Origin: a bacterium UBP2_UBA5202
GTDB lineage: Bacteria; Edwardsbacteria; AC1; EtOH8
NCBI GenBank assembly: GCA_002412795.1
Contig: DHVS01000011.1
Coordinates: forward strand, 19,824 to 83,823
DNA: 64,000 nucleotides
Reading direction: 5' to 3'
Below, piece by piece: positions 1 to 8,523 of this stretch; position 1 is the first letter of the stretch; every line of letters begins with the position of its first letter. The translations under genes were made by a program, and so were the position numbers. The notes beneath the pieces are model-generated. The model searched no databases. It was not told where the DNA came from and saw nothing but the letters and a program-made list of their open reading frames with translations.

Positions 1-341
1 GCACGTTATGGCACGAGGCGGTACATTCCACAGGCCACCAGAAAAGGCTGGATAGGAACAATAGCTACGACAAGGCAAAGTTCAGGGAGGCCTACAGCAA
101 CGAGGAATTGATAGCAGAGCTGGGATCATCATTCCTTTGTGCCTATGCCGGGATAGCACCAATGACCATACAGAACCAGGCTGCCTACATTGATTATTGG
201 TTAAAGAGGCTACAGGGTGACAAAAAGCTGATCATATTTGCGGCATCGGCGGCCCAGAAAGCAGCGAACTACATTATGAACGAACCCGGGGAGATCAATT
301 ACAACGCCTGTACTTGGCTGGGCGACTACTACAACTTATAA
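1..341 (+). CDS. ArdC-like antirestriction protein, C-terminal zincin-like metallopeptidase domain (5' partial; frame continues from window start)
   Basis: Frame 3 is open from nt 3. Translation reads TLWHEAVHSTGHQKRLDRN...YIDYWLKRLQGDKK...AASAAQKAANYI. The HExxH plus HSTGH..RL.R motif and the C-terminal AQKAA motif are typical of ArdC/TraC-like proteins of conjugative elements. Confidence 0.6.
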   Translation, partial: TLWHEAVHSTGHQKRLDRNNSYDKAKFREAYSNEELIAELGSSFLCAYAGIAPMTIQNQAAYIDYWLKRLQGDKKLIIFAASAAQKAANYIMNEPGEINYNACTWLGDYYNL

Positions 342-352
342 GGAGGGAAACC

Positions 353-532
353 ATGCACACAGCAACCATCACACATAAAAGGGAGCGTAGAAAGTATTCC
401 GAAAGGCTGGAGATCAAGGCCCCCTGTCCGTTATGCAGCCATACCTGTATCCTGGTCATTACCGGCAGCGAAAAGGAATACTACTGCCCCGATAAGTTCT
501 GCCCCAACTGCAAGGACCGCCATGAAGAATAA
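353..532 (+). CDS. small Cys-rich (CPxC...CPNC) zinc-ribbon-like protein
   Basis: GGAGG ribosome-binding site 8 nt upstream of the ATG at 353. Two CxxC pairs (CPLC, CPNC). A terminator follows. A longer ORF from 314 is possible, but 353 has the better ribosome-binding site. Confidence 0.4.
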   Translation: MHTATITHKRERRKYSERLEIKAPCPLCSHTCILVITGSEKEYYCPDKFCPNCKDRHEE

Positions 533-545
533 CAAAAGCACATAG

Positions 546-579
546 AGAGCCATTCCAATAACGGAGTGGCTCTTTTTTT
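546..579 (+). terminator. rho-independent terminator
   Basis: 7-bp stem AGAGCCA/TGGCTCT (546-552 / 567-573), followed by TTTTTT (574-579). Confidence 0.55.
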
Positions 580-597
580 GTGCCCGAAAGGAGACCT

Positions 598-1023
598 ATG
601 AAACGATATCCTACCTACCCCTTGGAGCTTTTAAAGGTGTCCGAGGCCATCACCAAGTGTCAGATATGCCGACCGGAGATAGTCTACGAGTACATGAAAG
701 AGGAATCCATGGCCGACCGGGAGATCTTCTGGGTTTTGCATCTGAATACCAAGAACCGGATAGTCAAGAAGGAAATGACAGCCATGGGAGCGGTGGACAG
801 TTGCCGGATAGTCCCTGCACTTGTTTTAAGGGGAGTAGTAGCATTAGGAGCACCAAGCATTATGACAGTGCATAACCACCCCAGCGGAGACCCCACCCCA
901 TCAACAGAGGACAGGCAGCTTTGGGGTACTTTGAGAGAGGCTTGTAAACTACTGGGTATCCGGGTACTGGACAACCTGGTGATCGGAGCTAATGGGTACT
1001 ATTCCGAGGAAGAAAACAAGTAA
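598..1023 (+). CDS. RadC-like JAB/MPN domain protein (DUF2466 family)
   Basis: HNHPSGDPTPSTED JAMM-like motif. GGAGA ribosome-binding site before the ATG at 598. This family is typical cargo of conjugative and integrative elements. Confidence 0.75.
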   Translation: MKRYPTYPLELLKVSEAITKCQICRPEIVYEYMKEESMADREIFWVLHLNTKNRIVKKEMTAMGAVDSCRIVPALVLRGVVALGAPSIMTVHNHPSGDPTPSTEDRQLWGTLREACKLLGIRVLDNLVIGANGYYSEEENK

Positions 1024-1171
1024 TTGGGGCTATGGGGCCGGTGTAGGGGGATGCTGCCAGGACCAAGGGCGATCTTTTCAAATAAATAAAATAAGGGCAC
1101 GGAATAGGACTAAAATAGATGGATATTTAGCTTGCTTTTGTCGGGGTTAAATTGTATTATTGTTGTAATTT

Positions 1172-1696
1172 GTGACTTCTCAAATTGACGTATCCGTATC
1201 ACCCTACATCCATCATTCTATGATCGAAATATCTGTTATAACTATCGGATTTGCGCATAAATTTAGATTTCGCCAAGGAATCAAAGTACAAGAAGTCTTA
1301 AAAAAAGTTTTTGACTATGAATTTAATGGTTATTATATTACTGTAAATGGTGTCAAGGCAAACAGAGATACCATTCTTAAAGACAAAGATATCCTTATTG
1401 CTGTTACTTCAGTCAAAGGCGAAGCAACTTTGAAAAGTAATGGTAAGATTTGGAGATATCATAAAAATGATCCTGACGATATTTTCCCGAGTGATTTTCA
1501 TGCGCATAATTATGAAGATGGTTTTTTATTGGATATTTATACTGGGCAAGTATTTGATCATAACACTAAAATGTACATTGGTACTTTAAAAAAGAAAAAT
1601 ATGTATGTGCTGTATATGAAATTGAAAGAATCTAGGGATATTGCTATTTCTTCACGGTGTGATGATGATCCCACAAAGTTTACTTTTTTAAAATAA
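1172..1696 (+). CDS. hypothetical protein (AT-rich sub-island)
   Basis: Long ORF in the low-GC block; no motif recognised. Start uncertain (alternative Met codons downstream). Confidence 0.35.
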   Translation: MTSQIDVSVSPYIHHSMIEISVITIGFAHKFRFRQGIKVQEVLKKVFDYEFNGYYITVNGVKANRDTILKDKDILIAVTSVKGEATLKSNGKIWRYHKNDPDDIFPSDFHAHNYEDGFLLDIYTGQVFDHNTKMYIGTLKKKNMYVLYMKLKESRDIAISSRCDDDPTKFTFLK

Positions 1697-1732
1697 CGAT
1701 TCATTTAAATATTGGCGAAGAAAGAATAATAT

Positions 1733-2536
1733 ATGATTACCCTTTACCAGGGGAGTGGTGCGTCCGGGTATTCTTTACTAGATTCCCCAATATCTGACGA
1801 AGAACTTTTAAAATTAAAAAGTGCAGTTACGAGGCTTCTTTTAGCTCGTAAACAACAAAATGCTGCTGCTTCCCTTCAATTATATCAATTTGAGCTGAGT
1901 AATGGCACAAATTTTTTTGGAGATGCTTTTCTTGTCCTTCATGCAAAATTACCAGTAGAGGAATATGTAAAACTGTCCGAATGTATGTCGGACCCCACAT
2001 ATTACTTATCGTTTAAATATATCGCAGCAGCTTTTCAAGAACTTAGTCATTATATTCGCTTTATTTCCATTGATGTAGATACCAACGATAGAGGTACAGT
2101 GGTTGAAACACTGACACCAAAAATTACAAGTGCTACAGTTGAAAGAGCACTGAAAGATGCTGAAAACCTTCTCCATTCTAATGGTGCAATAAGTGCGGTA
2201 GATCGTATTCATACTGCAATTCACGGTTATCTTAAGGCTGTATGTGAAGATCAAAATATTGAATATGCATATGATGCTGGGTTAACTCAACTATTTGGGT
2301 TATTAAGGGATAATCATCCGTGTTTAAAACTAAATGGTCCTAATGATCCAGACATAGTCCGTATATTAAGATCCAGCGCTGCAATATTAGAGTCAATAAA
2401 TAATGTTCGTAATCGTGCCAGCGTTGCTCATCCTAACACTGATCTTTTAGATGAACCGGAAGCTATATTGGCAATTAATTCTGTCCGTACATTATTGCAT
2501 TATCTTGATGCAAAAATACGGAAGTCATGTTCATAA
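1733..2536 (+). CDS. Abi_C-like abortive-infection family protein (putative)
   Basis: C-terminal NVRNRASVAHPN resembles the conserved RN..aHg core of the Abi_C (AbiJ/Abi C-terminal) domain. AT-rich. Lies upstream of the GmrSD/SIR2 pair. Confidence 0.4.
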   Translation: MITLYQGSGASGYSLLDSPISDEELLKLKSAVTRLLLARKQQNAAASLQLYQFELSNGTNFFGDAFLVLHAKLPVEEYVKLSECMSDPTYYLSFKYIAAAFQELSHYIRFISIDVDTNDRGTVVETLTPKITSATVERALKDAENLLHSNGAISAVDRIHTAIHGYLKAVCEDQNIEYAYDAGLTQLFGLLRDNHPCLKLNGPNDPDIVRILRSSAAILESINNVRNRASVAHPNTDLLDEPEAILAINSVRTLLHYLDAKIRKSCS

Positions 2537-2597
2537 ACAAATATCATTCGGGTTTTCATTCTGACACAATTTATGATTTCATTTTAATAATTTATTA

Positions 2598-4205
2598 ATG
2601 GGGGCTTTTATGGGCACAACAACAAAGCAATTGCATCAATTACTTGACTTAGTAAATAATGACGAGTTAGTTCTACCGGAAATTCAGCGCGATTTTATAT
2701 GGGATCGTAAAAATGTATTATTATTATTTGATTCTTTATATCGTGGCTTACCGATAGGGTATATGCTTGTTTGGAAGGCAAAACGGGCGGTAGCAGAGAA
2801 AGGTTTTAAACGGAGTCTTAAAAGGATTCCTGGTCGTCGTATTGATAATTTCTACGGTTATCTTTTAGATGGCCAACAAAGGCTTACATCTATTCAACTT
2901 GTTCGTGATGGAGAGGACTATTATTCATTAATGTTTTCTCTACGTCCCCAATTAGACGGAGATCCGGATTCAAATCGTTTTTCTTATGCCGCACGGTGGA
3001 ATAGTGGCCCATGGTTTGTCCCGGTATCTGAAGTTCTTGAGGGAACCTTAAAGCCGTTGGTTGTTATTGAAAATCTTAAAAAAGCAGATGATTTTGATTA
3101 CCATAGGGATGCAGAAAAAATAATTACATCTATTGCCAAACTTTCTGATATCATGGACCGCTCAATTGGTATTATTGAACACGAGGAAGACGATTATAAA
3201 AAAGCTACGGAGTTATTTATTCGTTTTAATTCAACTGGTAAAAATCTTAGGCGCAGTGATCTTGTGGCTGCCGAACTAGCTTTAACCGTTCCAAATTTAA
3301 TATCTACAAAGATACAAAAAGCTTCAACTACTATTTATAATCACTACGGTTTTAATTTTACTAAAACATTTTTAATACAGTGTTTATCTGCAGTTCATAC
3401 TGATAAAGTTGATCATAAGAAAGCTAAAGAAGTATGGTGTAAGTCCACAGAAGCGCAAATATTAAAATCCTGGGAAAGAACTTCTTTAGGCATTGATCGG
3501 GCAATAGAATTTATCACTGGAACTGTCCGCTGGGATTCTGATGCCTGGCTCCCATCGATAAATGCCTTAATGCCTTTGATATATTTGATGTCAAAGAAAA
3601 AATTTAATGCGCAAGAGCGTTTGATGGCAAGGCAGTGGTTATTACTTTCATCTTTCTACGCAATATTCAGCGGTTCAGTTTACAGTGAGTTAGATAGATT
3701 GTTTAAAGGCTTAAAAAATGAACCTTCTATTGACAAATTATATGCATTAACAAAAAGATATTTTTATAAAATAAACCCTGATAGCTTAATGTCTGGTCGT
3801 AGAACTGGTGCTGTTATGTCGCTCTATATATCATTATTGCGTAACACAAATGCAAAAAACTGGATTACACACACACCTCTTGATGGTTCTGTTGTTGGCC
3901 ATAATGCAGAACTTCAAGTCCATCATATATTCCCTCGTTCGTTATTGTTAAAACGAGGTTATAAATATTCCGAAATAAATACTTTTGCAAACTATGCTTT
4001 AATCAATAAAGATAGTAATTTAGACATATCTGATGAAGAACCAACTAAATATATTAAGAGATTGTCTATCAAGAAAGACGATCTGTGGCCGCAGTGTTTT
4101 CCCAGAGATATGAAATTATTAAATGTCAAACATTATGATGAATTTATCTGTGAAAGACAAAAAGTATTGGCCAGAGCCTTTAATGATTATATATTTGGAG
4201 GTTAG
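2598..4205 (+). CDS. GmrSD-like type IV (modification-dependent) restriction endonuclease, DUF262 + DUF1524
   Basis: N-terminal LPEIQRDFIWD...GLPIGYMLVW...LLDGQQRLTS (DUF262, ParB-like NTPase motifs). C-terminal HHIFPRS His-Me finger (DUF1524). Confidence 0.7.
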   Translation: MGAFMGTTTKQLHQLLDLVNNDELVLPEIQRDFIWDRKNVLLLFDSLYRGLPIGYMLVWKAKRAVAEKGFKRSLKRIPGRRIDNFYGYLLDGQQRLTSIQLVRDGEDYYSLMFSLRPQLDGDPDSNRFSYAARWNSGPWFVPVSEVLEGTLKPLVVIENLKKADDFDYHRDAEKIITSIAKLSDIMDRSIGIIEHEEDDYKKATELFIRFNSTGKNLRRSDLVAAELALTVPNLISTKIQKASTTIYNHYGFNFTKTFLIQCLSAVHTDKVDHKKAKEVWCKSTEAQILKSWERTSLGIDRAIEFITGTVRWDSDAWLPSINALMPLIYLMSKKKFNAQERLMARQWLLLSSFYAIFSGSVYSELDRLFKGLKNEPSIDKLYALTKRYFYKINPDSLMSGRRTGAVMSLYISLLRNTNAKNWITHTPLDGSVVGHNAELQVHHIFPRSLLLKRGYKYSEINTFANYALINKDSNLDISDEEPTKYIKRLSIKKDDLWPQCFPRDMKLLNVKHYDEFICERQKVLARAFNDYIFGG

Positions 4206-5299
4206 TGATAATCGTGAGATATAAAGATAGAAAATTATTAGATAAAGTATTTATTTTAGGGGCGGGTTCATCGTATAGTCTAACTGCTGGTCAATCTAAC
4301 AAAAATTGGATAGCACCGTTAGACGCTGAATTCCCAAAACGAATATGTGATTTGCAAAATAAACGTGGTTGGAGCAAAGAAGCTTCACAGAGGATTCTTG
4401 AGGATTGGTTGTATCATGTTGATTTTAATAAAATGAGTTTGGAAAAAGCAATCTCTCAACAAATAGCAGATTTACATTTTCTTGAGGCGATTCAACCCCA
4501 CAAAGGCATTCAACAAAGAAACGCATTAGAGTATTTAGAGGATGTAACATACGTCATATCATATATATTGAAACAAATACGAGTTAAAAACAAAAAAGCT
4601 GAAGAATTGTTCATCCAGAAATTTTTTGATTACGTTAGTGTAGATGCGTGCCCTAATCGGATAATTACTTTTAATTATGATACTATTGTAGATGCTCCTT
4701 TGATTGCAAAATATAAACCACAAGATGTCTATTTTTACAAGATAAAATCTGGAAGGAATATAAAAAATCCAAGAGTGACGCATAATCGTCATCCGTTATT
4801 GTTGAAGTTACATGGATCGGTGAATTGGTATTGCACTAAAGATACTTTTCGTGAAATATTTATTGATCTTTCAAAAACCAATACAAAGTCTTTCGCTATT
4901 AAAGATGATGCTTCAACAAGCCGATATATTAAAGATATATGGATTGATTATACCTGCATATCTCCCAAAGACGATTGTATACCATTAACCATTCCACCAA
5001 TACCAGTAAAGCCGGTAACAGATATTTCAATATTTACATATTTATGGACATGTGCTTATGAATATTTACATGATTGCAAAGAGATTGTTATTTCAGGCTA
5101 TAGTCTTCCAGAAACAGATACCCTGGCTGTGTCATTATTTTCTAAATTCAAGAATATGCAGTTAACAAAATTAACAATAATTGACCCATCTGCTGTTTCA
5201 ATTAGTAAATGGATGGCGATATTTCAGCGCAAGAATATTTCAAGGAAATATAAAATAGAATATTATCCGGATTTTTGTCAGTATATAAAAAATATTTAA
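4205..5299 (+). CDS. SIR2-like (SIR2_2 family) protein, probable NAD+-depleting defence effector
   Basis: FILGAGSS, ITFNYDT and KLHGSVNW correspond to the GAGxS / TTNYD / HGS motifs of the SIR2_2 family. The GTG start overlaps the GmrSD stop (TAGTG) with GGAGG upstream. Confidence 0.6.
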   Translation: MIIVRYKDRKLLDKVFILGAGSSYSLTAGQSNKNWIAPLDAEFPKRICDLQNKRGWSKEASQRILEDWLYHVDFNKMSLEKAISQQIADLHFLEAIQPHKGIQQRNALEYLEDVTYVISYILKQIRVKNKKAEELFIQKFFDYVSVDACPNRIITFNYDTIVDAPLIAKYKPQDVYFYKIKSGRNIKNPRVTHNRHPLLLKLHGSVNWYCTKDTFREIFIDLSKTNTKSFAIKDDASTSRYIKDIWIDYTCISPKDDCIPLTIPPIPVKPVTDISIFTYLWTCAYEYLHDCKEIVISGYSLPETDTLAVSLFSKFKNMQLTKLTIIDPSAVSISKWMAIFQRKNISRKYKIEYYPDFCQYIKNI

Positions 5300-5318
5300 A
5301 TATGTGCCCATAGCCCTG

Positions 5319-5357
5319 CCGTCTGCCTCTGCCCTATATAATAATGGCTACAGCATC
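5319..5357. repeat. 39-bp direct repeat copy 1 (CCGTCTGCCTCTGCCCTATATAATAATGGCTACAGCATC)
   Basis: Matches 5709-5747 at 35/39 positions. Contains a TATAAT-like element. Confidence 0.7.
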
Positions 5358-5420
5358 TAGCGGTTCTTTTTTCATATTGATTGTTTTATTATCAACCATT
5401 TTTATCAATAAGGAGATTCC

Positions 5421-5691
5421 AATGGCTAAGCAACCGATAACTCATTTTTGCGTTAGCAGGTATGCTAAAGTCTTCCCACCAAATATTCATACTCATTCTG
5501 ATTCAGTGGTTTTTTCATTGCCGTTTGAGGAGGCTGCCAAGCTTAATCTGGCGCTCGATGAATCTCTTAAAATAGCAATGCGAGAAGGTAGGAAAACGGG
5601 GGAGTTATTTATTCCCAAGGGATATATTGAACTTGGTTTTACTATAAGTAATAAGCTGGTGGTTGTATATTATTCTGACAAGAATAAATAA
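5421..5691 (+). CDS. hypothetical small protein (90 aa) bracketed by 39-bp direct repeats
   Basis: AAGGAG ribosome-binding site 6 nt upstream of the ATG at 5421. The track ORF 5344-5691 includes an improbable N-terminal extension. Confidence 0.35.
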
Positions 5692-5708
5692 CGGAATTAC
5701 GGTCATTA

Positions 5709-5747
5709 CCGTCTGCCTCCGCCCTATAGAATGATGGCTACGGCATC
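5709..5747. repeat. 39-bp direct repeat copy 2 (CCGTCTGCCTCCGCCCTATAGAATGATGGCTACGGCATC)
   Basis: Direct repeat of 5319-5357. Confidence 0.7.
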
Positions 5748-5759
5748 AGGGCCAGACCT

Positions 5760-6249
5760 TTAAATGTGGCCCTCGTTGGCTTCGTTCGCTGCATTCCAGA
5801 GCCTTCGACCTCCTTCATTCCGCTTCTCAATCTACTTCGGGCATTATACGCTCAGGCACGTAGTTGGCATAATAGTCAATTCCGTGCCTTTGCTTTATCT
5901 TTTAGCTCCAGGCACAGGCAGATTCCTGGATCGCTTACAGGGTAGCGGCGCTGGGTTTCGGCATGGCACCGTATAGCCACCAGGAAAGACGGCGGCTCCA
6001 GGCCAGCTCCAGGTCGCTCGTTCCACCTGTCGCTATTCCGCCGCCTGACCCATAATGCGCATTATGGTTCCTTGTCCCTTGCCTTGCCCCAGCGCTACGC
6101 CCGGAGGGTTTACATAACCGGCATTATGCAAACTACCCTGCTACGCTCTTGTAGGCCAGGCCCGCATCTGCCATTGCCTGTCGCTGATAAACTGGCCGAC
6201 CTGCCACGTTCCCTTTCAGGGGCTACCTTACAGGTTACGGGCTGTGGTC
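5760..6249 (+). ncRNA. candidate structured non-coding RNA / GC-rich non-coding element (class unknown)
   Basis: About 500 nt of GC-rich sequence with no credible ORF on either strand (only short overlapping ORFs). Sits between AT-rich coding blocks and ends at an intrinsic terminator. Contains a perfect 18-bp palindrome at 6050-6067. Confidence 0.3.
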
Positions 6250-6285
6250 TATCTGATACGACCGTTGTTTGATCCAGCAACGGTC
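6250..6285 (+). terminator. rho-independent terminator
   Basis: Stem GACCGTTG/CAACGGTC (6250-6257 / 6268-6275), followed by CTTTTGTATTT. Confidence 0.45.
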
Positions 6286-6372
6286 TTTTGTATTTGCCGG
6301 CACATATATCAAGATATCTGTGGTTGTATCCCCCCACATCCCAGGAGGATATAGTTTCAGGTATAATCGCGG

Positions 6373-6687
6373 ATGGTGTGGGGTGTTTTTAGGCTTGATT
6401 TTGTCGGGGCTAAGATGTATCCTTATAACATGAATGAAGACATGCCGAAATATTACAACCTGACGGCCGGTTCCGAGTTGGACTGCATGGCCAGAAAGCA
6501 CGGGTTTGAACCCGACCTGTATGGCTGGTATGTGATAAGGGACAACGGGCTGAAGGACGTATGGGATGCCTGGGTCAAATGCCGGGCCCTGCAAAAGGAA
6601 GTAAAGATCCGCTGGCCCAAGGCTGATTGGATAATATGCATAATTTCATACGACCTGTACATCATGGTCTTTCCGGAGGAAGAATAG
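6373..6687 (+). CDS. hypothetical protein
   Basis: ORF only; the start could be Met 6415. No motif recognised. Confidence 0.3.
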   Translation: MVWGVFRLDFVGAKMYPYNMNEDMPKYYNLTAGSELDCMARKHGFEPDLYGWYVIRDNGLKDVWDAWVKCRALQKEVKIRWPKADWIICIISYDLYIMVFPEEE

Positions 6688-6772
6688 GTTTCTATAAGCG
6701 GGAGGCCGCCAGGGAATTGATTCTTGAATAAGGTAACATGGTAAATATATAAGTAGAGATAGAGGAGAAACT

Positions 6773-6985
6773 ATGAAAGTACATAAAATTATCGAAGGTA
6801 GTGAGTTGGTATATCCAAAAACAGGCGAGTTTACTGTTTACTGCCCTGTATGTCCTTCTATTTGGATGCAAGACAATGAAAGTACAGAAAAATATTGTCA
6901 GCATCTTCGTTTTTTCTATAACAGATTGAATTTCCATAATCAACAACCGGCCCATGAAATGCTTGGGCTAAAAATCACCCATTGA
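6773..6985 (+). CDS. small hypothetical protein with a CPVC motif
   Basis: GAGGAG ribosome-binding site before the ATG. 70 aa. Confidence 0.4.
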   Translation: MKVHKIIEGSELVYPKTGEFTVYCPVCPSIWMQDNESTEKYCQHLRFFYNRLNFHNQQPAHEMLGLKITH

Positions 6986-7031
6986 AGTAGCTCGTGTTGA
7001 ACTTCTTGGTTGAATTCGAAAAGGAATAATT

Positions 7032-7643
7032 ATGATTAGAGAATGTCCCGGAATATTGCCAGATTCAATAACAAAGGTTCTTGATAAATTAGCCGATGAA
7101 TGGGCAACCTCTGCAATCAGGCCCAAATTAGATAAAGAGGTCACGAAAAACTGGGACAATCTTATTAAAAGTTGGACCAACGACGAAACCCTGCCTCTTT
7201 TTATTAGAAGGCCTAACCTTGGGAGAGGTTCAGTAATAAAACATGAAACGGGCAGGGATTTAGTTCCTGTTGACAATACACCTGCACATTGGGTATTTAA
7301 TATGGCTGACGAATACGGACATATGACTATTGAAGAATTATTTAATAAAGTGAATGATCGAGATGTCCCCGTGGCTATGGTGTTGTCTATAGAAGAGAGA
7401 AGAAACAATCTATTTAAAACTGGCAATCCACGAATTATGTTAAGTAGTAAAGGTTGGCAAGTGTGCCACAAAAAACCAGTCAAACTTGGCCCAAATGGAG
7501 ATGTAAAAAATATTCCCATAAATATACTTAAGGAACATTTTGTTCGGTTGATGATCCCTTCAAATATATTTCTTGTCCCCAAACAGCTTGGCGCTCTTGG
7601 AGAACTGCCGCAGTTTACTAATAGGATGATGGATATAGATTAA
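7032..7643 (+). CDS. hypothetical protein
   Basis: 203-aa ORF with AAGGAA upstream; no motif recognised. Confidence 0.45.
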   Translation: MIRECPGILPDSITKVLDKLADEWATSAIRPKLDKEVTKNWDNLIKSWTNDETLPLFIRRPNLGRGSVIKHETGRDLVPVDNTPAHWVFNMADEYGHMTIEELFNKVNDRDVPVAMVLSIEERRNNLFKTGNPRIMLSSKGWQVCHKKPVKLGPNGDVKNIPINILKEHFVRLMIPSNIFLVPKQLGALGELPQFTNRMMDID

Positions 7644-7857
7644 TTTAACTTATACAAGTGGCAGCTTTGGCAATGATAGTACCTAACGACATATGGTCTG
7701 ATTGGATTTTGTCACTCCTCTATAATACAATAACAGGGTCCGATAATGAGTTTATGTATCGCTAATTATTCATACCAATCGAATGCCAAAATTGTCTGTA
7801 TCAAAAAACTAAAACTACTGGACATATGCCGTGCCGGGCTGGGAAAGGAGTATTAAC

Positions 7858-8523
7858 ATGAGAACGCTGGTGATCCACCCCAATGACTCAACCACTGATT
7901 TTCTGACTGATATCTATTCCGGCAAAAACTGGGAGGTCATAAGAGGTCCAATTAAGAAAGAAGAGCTTGCTGCTAGGATAGCAGACCACGACAGAATAGT
8001 TATGCTGGGACATGGCCTGCCCTCCGGACTAATCGGACACGGAGGCCTGGTAATTGACGAGTCCATGGCTCATCTGCTGCGGGGCAGGAAGTGCGTGTGC
8101 ATCTGGTGCAATGCCGACCAATATGTGTTGCGTCATGGTTTGTCTGGGTTTTACACCGGGATGTTCGTTTCCGAACCGGCCGAGGCCAGGTTGTTCGGCC
8201 TGCCGATTGACGCTGATCCGATTAAGGAGTCCAACCGGCTCTTTGCGGTAGCTGTCAGGGATTCAATTTTTAAGGAGAACATGCTGGAATTGACCAGGCA
8301 GGCCTATAACAGCAAGACCAACCCGGTGATTGATTACAACCGGAACAACTTGTACTCCAGGGATGCTTTGATCGAAGACTGGCAGGGGCCTGGTGGAGGC
8401 GCTGGCCACGATTATGAGATTGACCCTGTTGACAACCATGTGAACGACAAATCAATTGAACAAGCCCATGCAATCGGCAGTATTTTGAAAGTAGGGAAGA
8501 ATAAGTATGAGAAAAATCAGTGA
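7858..8523 (+). CDS. hypothetical protein, possibly a caspase-like His/Cys fold; first gene of the Hsp70-helicase operon
   Basis: AAAGGAG ribosome-binding site before the ATG at 7858. IVMLGHG...CVCIWCNAD spacing resembles a caspase/CHAT His-Gly and Cys dyad (weak). 3' end overlaps the next gene by 17 nt. Confidence 0.45.
   Translation: MRTLVIHPNDSTTDFLTDIYSGKNWEVIRGPIKKEELAARIADHDRIVMLGHGLPSGLIGHGGLVIDESMAHLLRGRKCVCIWCNADQYVLRHGLSGFYTGMFVSEPAEARLFGLPIDADPIKESNRLFAVAVRDSIFKENMLELTRQAYNSKTNPVIDYNRNNLYSRDALIEDWQGPGGGAGHDYEIDPVDNHVNDKSIEQAHAIGSILKVGKNKYEKNQ

Noticed and set aside
1172-1400. Possible ubiquitin-like/beta-grasp (ThiS/MoaD-like) N-terminal region in the 174-aa hypothetical protein (YITVNGVKANRDTILKDKDILIAVTSVKGE)
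   Set aside because: Based only on a vague sequence pattern. No terminal Gly-Gly and no E1/E2 partners nearby. Too speculative to call.
5960-6010. Resemblance of AGGAAAGACGGCGGCTCCAGG to the RNase P RNA CR-I motif (GGAAAGTCCGGGCTCC)
   Set aside because: Only a partial match to a normally near-invariant motif. No other RNase P conserved regions (CR-II to CR-V) were found nearby.
5764-6594. Multiple short ORFs on both strands (5764-5976, 6072-6272, 6110-6337, 6235-6594) in the GC-rich block
   Set aside because: Mutually overlapping. The translations are Arg/Pro/Gly-rich low-complexity sequences typical of GC-rich non-coding DNA. No ribosome-binding sites. Treated as non-coding (candidate ncRNA) instead.
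5300-7000. Retron (msr/msd + RT) hypothesis for the ncRNA-like region
   Set aside because: No reverse-transcriptase ORF (no YxDD motif) on either strand within several kb.
6692-7582. Minus-strand ORFs 6692-6955 and 6968-7582
   Set aside because: Antisense to better-supported plus-strand genes (6773-6985, 7032-7643), with low-complexity translations. Likely shadow ORFs.
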